The notes under the pieces were generated by a model that was not told where the DNA came from, searched no databases, and was given only the letters and a program-made list of their open reading frames with translations. DNA of 20,000 nt, taken from Vermamoeba vermiformis. Its lineage: Eukaryota. The stretch is taken from contig JBEWZL010000282.1 of NCBI GenBank assembly GCA_045837725.1, forward strand, positions 483,230 to 503,229. The letters are read 5' to 3'. A program made the position numbers and the translations under genes. Numbering within the stretch: position 1 is the first letter of the stretch; every line of letters starts with the position of its first letter. This document shows positions 1 to 10,300 of this stretch, piece by piece.

Positions 1-1232
1 TTGTTATGGTATACTCACCCAAGTCAACGAGATCGAGGTGTCAATCGCCACACAAACATTAGCAGGAACGTCAAAAGAATCGAGATTGGTCAAGCTCCTC
101 GTCATTACACCACTAAGAGAAGTGAACGCCATTCCAAATTTGAAAAAAAGAACCTTTCAGGAGTTGAAACAATCCACGCGGATCTACGCATTCGATGAAC
201 AACCTATTCAACAAGTATTAACCAAGTTAAAGGATTACAAAAATAAGGAATACGTATATATAGTATAATTAGAAGGAAAGAATCCGAAACATTGTTTGTT
301 GATCGGATTTAGTTGATTTAAAAAATAAATTTTATTAGAAACAATTATTTACAACGAAATATACAATAAAAGTGGTAATATATGCGTAAATATATTATAT
401 TTACCATTTAATTAATTGTTGATATCGTCAGTTGTTTGCACGCGAAAACGAATAACTTGAATCTGCTATAACAGTCGAAATAAATACACAGCCACGTTTG
501 AGTGCTTTAAAATTAACAAAAATATATATTATGTGATATCGCGTGGTTGTTTGTGTTCGTTGGTATTGAAAAATAGGTCGGTCCAAAAAACACTTGCAAA
601 CTCGAACTACACAACACTACAACAAGTCAATAGTACGTAGTGTTTGTTTTTATGTCATTATATGTTGTATCTCATCCGATTTTATTCTTAATTCAATGAT
701 CGAAGGGAGGATGTGCGATCGACAAACACGATCTCTTACCAGTATTTCTCGAATTTCGAAAAAACAGCATGATCACGTAAGAATAACTATATTTAATGCA
801 CTTACTGGCCGTAAAATTCAATTAACCGCGACCTTGATCGAGATTGGGCCACGAAACAAAATTTCATCAGCAATAATTTATTTTATTAATATAACATTGT
901 CGTCATCATTTATATAATGCAAATAGCATATATTTATAAAAATATTTATTTTTAAAATCGTTCGACGGGAGATCGCGCGATGAGCCGCATGTGACATCCT
1001 CTCTCGAAATCAATCGAATCTAAACCATACCCATTCGCTTCTTGAATACATAAATATACTTTTCCCTCAATACGACCCCTATAATCCCCCGCGTCTCCGA
1101 TCTGAAATCCGGTGTTTTCGTGCCCCAACGCCGTTTTTTCCTTTTTTTGCGTTACAATAATCAAAACAACGCCAAAAATCGACCTACAACGCCGGTTTAT
1201 TGGTCAAAACGCCCTTTTTTTTTCCTGTAGTG
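1..1232. mobile_element. Probable right-hand portion of a CACTA (EnSpm) DNA transposon; left end not in window
   Basis: 1220-1232 TTTTCCTGTAGTG reads CACTACAGGAAAA on the minus strand, 12/13 identical to the maize En/Spm TIR CACTACAAGAAAA. It is preceded by spaced subterminal AACGCC hexamers. No partner TIR with a matching 3-bp TSD was found in the window. Confidence 0.4.
2..268 (+). CDS. Partial 3' end of a gene, possibly the C-terminus of a CACTA/EnSpm (TNP2-like) transposase
   Basis: Frame 2 is open from the window start to TAA at 266-268 (CYGILTQVNEIEVSIATQ...KEYVYIV), followed by AATAAA near 325. 'YGILTQVNEIEV' resembles the YG-x-I-x-x-I-x-E/L strand in the C-terminal region of CACTA transposases (recalled motif, not searched). 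It lies inside the putative CACTA end at 1232. Confidence 0.35.
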   Translation, partial: CYGILTQVNEIEVSIATQTLAGTSKESRLVKLLVITPLREVNAIPNLKKRTFQELKQSTRIYAFDEQPIQQVLTKLKDYKNKEYVYIV

Positions 1233-1240
1233 TTAACGCC
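1127..1240. repeat. Cluster of periodic AACGCC hexamers (subterminal-repeat-like)
   Basis: AACGCC starts at 1127, 1168, 1188, 1208 and 1235, with an inverted near-copy TGCGTT at 1148, giving ~20-bp spacing from 1127 to 1208. Confidence 0.7.
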
Positions 1241-1534
1241 GAACGAATTGTATTATTTCTTTGATTACGCGTGTATCGACTGGAACCATCCGTTCTGTAA
1301 CCGTGCTTCTGCTATGCCCATAGCCATCAAAAATTGGCTGTTAGAAAAACGAGACAGATCTGTGCAGAACGGCGGTTGGTAACAATAAAGATCTTATTTA
1401 AGACAGATCAAATGACTACGAATAAAGAGGAGTGCTTCAAATTGTATTTGTATTGACGATTTAAATTACTCCGCATCGCCACGCAGATTTCTGAAACACT
1501 CCTTCCGGTGGTTCATTCTATTTCCACGAAAGAG

Positions 1535-4396
1535 ATGAGCACGAGAAAGAGAGCCTTAGAGGATGGTGACAACGAGCAGCAAGCCAAACGGCAAAAACTA
1601 GAGCATAATGAAGTGACTACTGTGCATCCATTCGAATTGGCAGAGCTTGTGGAGGCGATCGTAGCACATCTGCTTTCAATTTCGCCTTTGTCAATTTTAA
1701 ATTTAATGTGCTCCTCAAAAAGGTGAGTAATACGATTATATATAACAATTAAACGCACTGCGATAATATTTAAAAATAAACTATATAAAATCTTATTTCT
1801 TGTAACTTTCAGACTGCGAGATGTGGTGCTTGCCAAGTCTTTGTGGCTTCGTCAAGGCTTCAAACAACTCTACGACATGGCTTCAAATGATTTTCTTCCC
1901 GCAGAATATCTTCGTGCAGTTTTGGGTCAACTGGAGCTCGATCGACTGAAACAACAAGAATTGCGGTGGGGCCAAGCGTCCCTATTTCTAAAGGTCGATA
2001 AATATGTGACAAATGAAGAAACGTAAGATTATAGTCGTAATGTCCTTAAACTAACCATTGTTGTTTAGTACTGGCCTTCTTGAGTGCAAATTCGATCTGG
2101 TCCACGAAGAAAGACGCAGATATGATACACGGCGGTTAAATTCAGCAGAATATTTAGCAGATCGATGTCTTACAGATGAGGCACACAGAGTGTTGTTGAA
2201 CATCATGGCAAGATTAGTTAACAAATTTATCACGATCCAACAGTTGATCGAGTTTATCGAGATCTCAGAGGAAGATATTCTAAAAAAACGTAAGTATTAT
2301 AGACTCTTATATATATACATATATATCTGATTGTTGTATTCTAGAAAAACAAGATTTGCACGAGATTTTATATGTACCTGCAGCGGAATACGAAGAAGTT
2401 GAGGCCACTTCATTCAACGAATACTTGCAAGCAGAAGCACTGTATTATCCAGAAATGGAAATGTAAGCAATAAGAATATTCATACGACTACGACAAAGTT
2501 TTTAATAATAATTTTTATAATTCAGTGGTCCAGCCAAGTTTTACCCAGTGATGATGATCGATGGTGTGTACAGCACGGTGCTCTATCGTGAGGAAGATTT
2601 TCCGTCGACAGAACTCAATTTCCGAATTTGGAAACGGTTCATGGACGAGCATCGATCGATTTTGATCTTTGATGGCATGTTCGAAGTAGCAAATGTAGCC
2701 GCCGAAGCACACAACCCCTATATCAAAGTAGCTTATTAATCCATAATAATAATAATAATATAATATTAATTATTTTTCACAGTTTAATTCGCAAAAGAAT
2801 TTGATCGAAGAATGCGGCTTTTTGAACGTAGATCCAAACGAAAGCGGAGTTAGAAATACCACAAGATGCGGAATTTTTGAAATTCATCGAATTTCCTTTT
2901 AAGAAAGAGGAATGTTTTGAGCTGGCTGGGGATATCACGTCACTACTATTTGGCGACTACGTAGAGCATTTCTTGGTTGAGCGAATGAAACCACCGCACA
3001 AGTACTTCAAAAACGTCAAATTTAGAAGAACTCAAAGCGACATTGATTTTGAAACGAATTTATGCAAAGTTCACTCGGATCCAGCGAACATCTTCTTCGA
3101 GTCGGTATTGCCTTATTTGGTAAACGATCCGAAATCCTTCCTGACATTCTTCCGCACTTGCAAAAGGTAAATTGGTGCTCGAGCTGTAGACAGCACAACT
3201 TAAACTAACTTCAATGTTCTATTTTTAGCTTCCGAAAGCTACGGAATGAGAAAGATGTTTGGAAAAGACTTGGCTTTGTGCACTTTGCGGAGTGGCACTA
3301 CGACTACGAAGGTGTTAAAATTCTTCAAACTAGTCACATCAGACGCATCTTGCGCGCGATAAGAAGAGATTTTGTTCATGAAAAAGTATTGCAGCTAAAC
3401 TCTGACATGCAGTGTGTCAATCACATTTCAAATTTATCGCAGGAAACTGTCTTGTAAGTGTTACTTTGAAGCACTAAGAATGACATACTAACTACTACAG
3501 GCAAATGGAGAACAAATTATTTGACCCGACAAAAGACGAGGCGTTTGTAGCAATTCATGGCGTGAGATTTCAAGAGTATTTAGCCAACAGAAAACTCACT
3601 GAAGAGGCCGCACAGATGTTGATGTGGCTGAAAAGAAAAATTGCTGTCGAACTTGTTAGTGTCGAAGATTTGATTGGCTTCATTGAACTAGAGAAAGATC
3701 AACCTTGTAAGTAATTTCCCCCTTTCTTATCTTCTTATATGTGCCTTATCTTATTCTATTATTGTTAGTGGGCATTACAGAAATGGTTACTAAAGTGGAT
3801 GTGACAGTGCCACAAGCAGAAGAGCAGCACGAGTACTTGGTCAGCCTTTTGCGTGGTTTGTGGTGCGAGTAAGTTTTTCTGAATATTAATAACGTACTTT
3901 CAACTCACGGAATTAATCAGGGAGGATTGGGACTTTGACGTGTTGTTGCAGACCCAACACACCTTCACGTCCAATTCTCACGTGGAAATAGACTCGGATG
4001 CAGTGCAAATCAGCATTACTGTGAACAAAGTGTTTGTTGGCGAGGATCGATCGATAGTGTTCATTCAGTCCTATTGCGGATTAATGAGCATTGTCAGCGA
4101 AGAAGATTTTTACATCAAAGTACGCGAAATATTATGTTATTTGATCGTCATATTAACTTTTTATATTCTAGTATGACAAAAGCAAGAATTTGATTGAAGA
4201 GTGTGGCACGCTGTCAACTTTCAGAGCGATGAATTGTCCGAATGAAATTGATCAGCACACTGTTATTTGCATGATGTTAGAGAAGCCTGGACAGCCTGTG
4301 GGCTTCACCGAAGACATGTTAATGCGGCGTGAAATAATATGGCAAGCACCATTGCCCGAGTACCACTTCAAGAACATCAAGTTCAAGAAGGATTGA
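1535..4396 (+). CDS. Two-unit tandem F-box-like nuclear protein (11 exons, ~758 aa if repaired); one frameshift near 2832-2876 (pseudogene or assembly error)
   Basis: Exons 1535-1722, 1813-2022, 2069-2289, 2345-2462, 2526-2727, 2783-3166, 3229-3453, 3501-3706, 3769-3868, 3921-4119, 4172-4396, all introns GT-AG. N-terminal bipartite NLS-like RKR...KRQK. F-box-like segments ELVEAIVAHLLSISPLSILNLMCSSKRLRDVVLAKSLW and NIFFESVLPYLVNDPKSFLTFFRTCKSFRKLRNEKDVW. The exon sum of 2278 nt is 3n+1; without correction the frame stops at TAA 2900-2902. Confidence 0.75.
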
Positions 4397-4479
4397 ACGA
4401 GATCTGGTGCACATAAAGCACTCGATGGAGAACGATAAATACACAGTTTCGCGACTATTTACAATACATAGACACAGTA

Positions 4480-6280
4480 TTATACATGGTTATCATTGGA
4501 AGAGTCAGCAGGCAACGTACTGCTTGGCCGAGAGACCTCGTTGGACACGGATCCTTTGGGCGATGTTTTGTTGGACAGGCGACTGTTTGGTAACTCAAAT
4601 GCTAATATATTGGCCATGGACGCGGCGTTGATCGCAGTGAATAGAGAGTACCATACAGCCATATAATCTAAGTGGAAAAAGTTAGTCGGATCTGGCGGGC
4701 TAACAATGGATCTACTTACTGATTGGTGCGTAAGCAAAGCCTGTCGCAAATAGTGCTGCGAACAAAACGAACAATATTAAGAACCCTGCGCATACTAACA
4801 TTCTTATAGTAGTCTAAACAATAGACCGTTAGTTTTGATGGCAGATCGGATAAATTTGTACCTTTTTCAACGCAACTGTTTTGCCGATATTTTTACTCTC
4901 GTTCATGCGCCGAAGTAACTTAACGCCAGTAATTAAATGGAACACAACAATAGCCACTGATACCGCAATGTACAGTACCGCTAAAAAAAGACAATTAGAT
5001 CCGTACATTCAATTTTCATGAAAAATAGTACCAGTCACAAATTGCAAGTGATCGACTGTCGTCCAACTTCTTAGAAATAATTGCAGTAATTGCACGGCAA
5101 TTAATGTGGCTGAAAGTACGAAGAACGGAATTTTCATCCGGATGATGAACGGATGTACAATGATTGAAGACGTCGTCATCATTTCGTGCCAGTATAATAT
5201 GATCAATATGAAGGACGATAATGCGAATGGCATCGATAGGCGCGTAAAGGCTACTGAGACTTGTTCTGAGTAAATAAAATTCGCGCAAAGCGGATCGATG
5301 ATGTGCAACAGCCGAACTGCGGGTAGAACGATTAATATTGGATTATTATATGCTATGGTACTATTCTCATGTACTTACGAGTATTAGAGAATAATTCGAT
5401 CGACAGAACAAAAATGGCGATGGATGCGGTGCAGCCTCCATAAAACATAGAGAAATCTCGCAACTTCCAAATCGCTAAGCCGATGTGCAGCCTGCTGGAT
5501 ATAGTCCCAAGAACACTATAACAAAATATTAAGCATAATTGGCAATTTTAAAGCGAAATTTCTGATTCTGAAATTTACCTGTCCAGATGTAGTAACCAGC
5601 CCCATAGTAGGTATCATCCCAAGGGTTAGGCGCGTCTATAATATGATTTAATATGATTTTAATTGTTATGAAGCTGATATTTACGTCATCTTACCGCTTG
5701 GCAAAAATGTTACGGATGCAATCTGGTTGGTGTAAAAGAGCGGCAAGAAGATCTTTGCTTCTGGTATAGCCATCTCGAATACTGATATATTAATCTTTTT
5801 AAGGTTCTCTTTATCGTTCCATCGCCATTTCAAGTAGCCTCCCACATCTGGCGTTAAGTTTTAAGTTATTGCAAGAATTTCGAATAGGCCAAACAGAATC
5901 TGATTCGACTTACAGTATGTCGGAGATACATATAATGCTCCTATGGCACCCTTATTTTGCGCGTCAAGAATAAGTTCGTCAACGGCAAGTGGATTTCGGA
6001 TGATAAAAATTTTGTTTTGAACATCATCCGTCTTATTTGTTATTTCCGCAGTAATGGCATAATTTATGCGTGTTCCAATGCCGCCTATAATTAGAATTTA
6101 GCCGCAGTTTCAACAAAAATTGCAAAAAATAATGTACTTACCAACGTACAAAATTTCAATGCTTTCAAGCGGGATTATGGTGCCATTTTTCATTCGAATA
6201 ATAAGTTGTGCTTGTGTTGTATTGATTGTCAATAACAAAACTATAATTGTGAGCCAAAAAGGCCAACTCCTCAAGATCAT
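4480..6280 (-). CDS. Signal peptide + PA (protease-associated)-like ectodomain + seven-transmembrane receptor-like protein (9 exons, ~447 aa); apparent frameshift in exon 5
   Basis: Exons (minus strand) 6280-6142, 6084-5914, 5847-5695, 5635-5579, 5515-5379, 5316-5032, 4980-4862, 4813-4720, 4667-4480. Signal peptide MILRSWPFWLTIIVLLLTINTTQA; PA-like DVQNKIFIIRN...DAQNKGAIGALYV; seven hydrophobic helices; Ser-rich tail. The exon sum of 1343 nt is 3n+2, with an in-frame TAG at 5477-5475 unless the frame shifts near 5482-5489. Confidence 0.75.
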
Positions 6281-6526
6281 TTCTTGGCTTGTGGATGTGC
6301 TGCGCTTGTTGTGTTGTAAGCTGCTTGCCGAAATGTCTAAAAAGATTGGCACAGGGATAATTGACTGGTCAAATCAATCTCCGGTTTGGACAAAAAAGGA
6401 AATCAGATTTTTTAAAGTGGATTTGATCCCGCGACAGGGGTATTTTTACCTTTCGTTCCAGAATCGCACACTGTAGTAAGCTCGATAATATGATTAACTC
6501 GGATAATATGAGCCTATTTAAGCATT

Positions 6527-7170
6527 TTATTGCTCTTGGATCTCGACAATTTTTGTTTTGCTTCTTGCGTGCTTGGCGTTTTGAAATTTACTCCACGCTA
6601 ATTATAGTATAAGAAGATTATATTTAGATATTGATTAATTGCATATAAATCCTTTTTTGTACACTTACTGTAGCCAACAGATCGGATTATTTGAGCAGTA
6701 CCGAATAAAATTGCGCCAAGAAGAGCCGCGTAAGAAAAATAAAGCATATATCGCTTAGCTTGCGCGCCAAATATAACAATAGAGTCACCTAGTCTATAAT
6801 CAAAGGTATTAGCTGTAAGTTTTCGATCGCGTAAGTTTGGATGTGAGCTCAGAAATAATTATTTTAAATTAATAATACTAACCTATTAATGCTAGTTGCT
6901 AGGATCTTCGCGGCATCAACAACTGACTCGTTAATTTTTTTAAGGGATGCACCAGGCGTGTCAATTTGATTTAATCCTTCTACAGCTGCATCCAAAAATC
7001 TTTTGGCAATATTTTACGTGAATATATTTTATATTAATTATAGGAGTGCTAGACTTACGATTTGCTGCCGTCTATAATATATCGTAATAATTAAAATACG
7101 ACCGCAGATCTGGATCTTTTTTTCCTTACGTACCTGCTGCAGCGCTTGTCTTGGCTTTTAAAGAATTCAT
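6527..7170 (-). CDS. Small hypothetical single-pass membrane protein (~120 aa, 5 exons including a 13-nt exon)
   Basis: Exons 7170-7134, 7071-7059, 6999-6883 (weak AAG acceptor), 6793-6669, 6597-6527 sum to 363 nt and are open: MNSLKAKTSAAADGSKSFLDAAVEGLNQID...RYMLYFSYAALLGAILFGTAQIIRSVGYTWSKF...EIQEQ*. Donors are GTACGT, GTAAGT, GTTAGT and GTAAGT. The ORF track misses it. Confidence 0.6.
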
Positions 7171-7341
7171 ATTATTCTATACAATAATAATTTTAAAATT
7201 AAGCTGATGTTGGTAGCACACAGCTTCAGTGTCAAACAAAATCATTTTTAGCACTTTTCTGGAAATTTGTACTTTTAAAACTACAACTAATCTACACAAC
7301 TAGCACTAGCTCACTGACGGATCACAAGCCCTTGGACTCTA

Positions 7342-10300
7342 TCACGTGATAATGTTCATACTCGGAGGCAGAGTACTGGATGACACGGGACAGAAGTTAA
7401 GTGCCACGCTGTCCGTGCACGTGGCCTTGATGTAGACAGGCGAGTTGGAGCCGTCAATGCCCCACACTGTCACACCGTCGCGCGTGTATGGCGGCACGCC
7501 AGACCGCGTCTCGTAGTTCTTGACATTGACGTACAAGTACTGACCACTGAAGTAGAACGAGAACGGCGTGTTGATCAGCGCAGTCATGTTCAGCACTTGG
7601 ACGTACGATCCCTTGTGACCGAAATAGCGGTCTTGATAGGTAATGTTGAACGTCGTGCCCGCAGGATAACTCAGCACAAAATAGGCCTGAGCATTGGGAG
7701 GCACACGAGTAGGCATAAAGCTCCAGCTCTTGGGTGCTCCGTTATTCGGGAACTGAACGAACCAACCTTCGCCGCTAATGCCCGTGGCGGCACTTTGACC
7801 GTACGTGAAGTTTGTGGTCGTTGTTGGACGGCCACACAGAGTGAACGAGCCCATTACATCACCACTCGCACCGGTGTAGTTTGCCACGGAGATACCTACA
7901 TTGATAATTTCACGGCCCTAAACGATGATAAGTCAGTTTAATATTGCCAATAAGACTCATGTGTTGTTCTTACGGGTTTTCTGGGACAGATCCAGGTGCG
8001 CCAGTTCCAGTCGTAGTGACAATCATCACCTCCGTTCCAAATGCCAGCCCAGCTGCCAATAATACCACCGCCACTAACGCCAGTAACTGAACCGTCCCAG
8101 TCTTCAATGTTCGAAGACATGCGTGCAAAGCCCGTGTCACTTTGAACTCTGACGGCGTCATCACAGTCTATGAGGGTACATTTGAACATTAGTCCTTAGT
8201 ACTAGTGAGACTTACCATCAAAGTGAAGGCCACTGACAGCTGAAATTCCTTGATTGAGCGACTGATCGACGTTGTTCAAGACACTCAAACAGTTCGTGTT
8301 CTGATTGATGCTGACACTGTTCACGAATCTCGTGTCATTCTTGTACCCGACGAAGGTCACATTGGACAGAATGGCCACACTCCATTGATCGTACTATCTC
8401 AACGTTAGTAAGTTAAACAACAAATTAAGTGTGACTTACGAATTGGAAGCCTTGTGAGCCTTGAGGTTGACCATAGATGTTCGTCTTGGGATAGCCCAAC
8501 GGATTCTTCGTGATACCAAAGACTGAGTCCTTGCCGAGAGCTGGACCGAAGAGTGTTGCACCACGACCGACATCCCATGACTAGAAGCATCGTTAGTGAC
8601 ACGTGTCAAACATGTCAAAAGTGTTATCGTTACCTCGGAGTTTCGGAACTCGACGGAGTTACCCCAATGATTTGTACCTTGACCACACAACCACGCCTTG
8701 AAGTTGGTGATGTTCAGCGCTGTATCGACGATCTTGCCATCGACCCACTTGCGGGCATTTCTGTTGTCAGCACCTTGGGTGCGGCCTCCGTTGTAAGTCA
8801 GCACGTCATTGCTATCGTACCACAATACTACAAAGAGGTTAACTACATTGTATATAACCTTATTGGCTTAGTCACGTACGTCCTCCCGAATAGAGACAGC
8901 CACCAAAGATCGAGAAGTAGTATCCGGAGGAATGTGCTGTGTTGCCGTCGAACTGAAGTGCTGCTTTGTCCTTTGGTGCAATGGGCATGTACATGCCTTT
9001 GAACTCGCCTGTGGGGACCTTGAAGTGCGGCAGAATGATGCCAGACCATCCTCCTGACGCGGCATTGCCTCGCACGAAGTTCCACATGTTCGAGATGTAG
9101 AAACCTGCTGCTGCCGAGTCAGCGGGCAAGATTCCTGTAAAACCGATTAGCTATTGATTACAATATCGATGTTCGGCGTACTGTCAGGTGTGGCCGGTAA
9201 GTTGGCCATGAACTGACTTCCGCTAGTCGCGAAGTCACCAATGTACGCCACACGAGAGGCAAGATTGAACGAGATTGTGTTGTTCTCTTCGACGCCCTGT
9301 GTTTGTGTTAGTTAAGAGCTAATGACACTAAATGTTGAGCATCTTACGTCTTCGAGGTAGTAGCAGTGACCATGTGTTCTGAACGCGACATTGCGCGACA
9401 CCAACATCTCATGTGTGCCGTGAACTGTAATGCAGCGGAAGTAGCTGTCGTGCACACTGTTGTCTGTAGCATACGAAGTCGAGGAGATGTTCATCAAGTG
9501 GAAATGAATCTAAAAGATACAGTGTCAAAAATGATGACACGTGTCAAAGTGTCATTATATTCAAACTTACAGGATATCGTCCAAGCATGTTGAACTGACC
9601 CATTCTGTTCGTTTCAATGCCCGAAACTCGGCCTTCACCCATCATCATCAGGTGACCGCCGAACATTTCCGTGTCAGAGGCTTCATCGCCACTCAGCTGA
9701 ATGCGACGAGACAGCAAGCCAACTTCGGTCTGATACTCCGCTCCTGCATGATGATAGAAGCGAATGCGACTCGTGAACTGAACAACATTATCTTGGACTG
9801 CTCGCACCGTGAGGACTTCATTCATGTCGTAGAAGTCGTCGTACATGAACGATGTGACCAATAACACTTGTTGACCTGCCTCCCAGTTGACATTTTGTTG
9901 CAAGAACAAGCGATCAGAGCCAGGCATTGCTGGTGCTGCGAGACGACTCCACGAAGGATTGAATTGTTTGCCTGTGATAGAGCGTCAGTCGCATCACAGC
10001 CTTAAAATAGCTGCGTAGGACGTACCGTGAAGTTCAACTACACTGCCTTTGTACGCAACAATGCCTTTGCCTTCAGTTGGAGTTGAGGCCTTGTCACCGA
10101 AGAATGTCAACTTGATGTTCGAGTACAAACGACACGTTGATGAGCCCATTCTGATTTCAATGTTAGCCACTCGTACTATGATTCTGTCTTACAACTGGTT
10201 GTTACCTTATAGCACCATAGACCCAGATAGTTCCGATGTTCAGTTCAATCGGTGCATCTGCAAAGATAAGCTCGCTGCCAGCTGGAACTGTGATCTCTTT

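Noticed and set aside
613-644. CACTACAACAAG at 615 as the left TIR of the CACTA element
   Set aside because: Only the first 7 bp match the right TIR contiguously and the flanks (CAA versus TTA) do not form a TSD. It is better explained as a local 8-bp inverted repeat, AACACTAC/GTAGTGTT.
594-1382. ORFs 594-917, 952-1164 and 1200-1382
   Set aside because: Non-ATG starts, no recognisable motif, and I could not build a splice model. They may be transposon-internal debris.
2828-2849. 22-nt intron rescuing the frameshift in the F-box-like gene
   Set aside because: Far shorter than the other introns, purine-rich, and with no branch or pyrimidine tract.
5640-6511. Small tandem duplications (AATATGATTT x2 near 5640; CTCG(G)ATAATATGA x2 near 6481)
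   Set aside because: Short AT-rich slippage duplicates in intron or intergenic DNA, with no sign of function.
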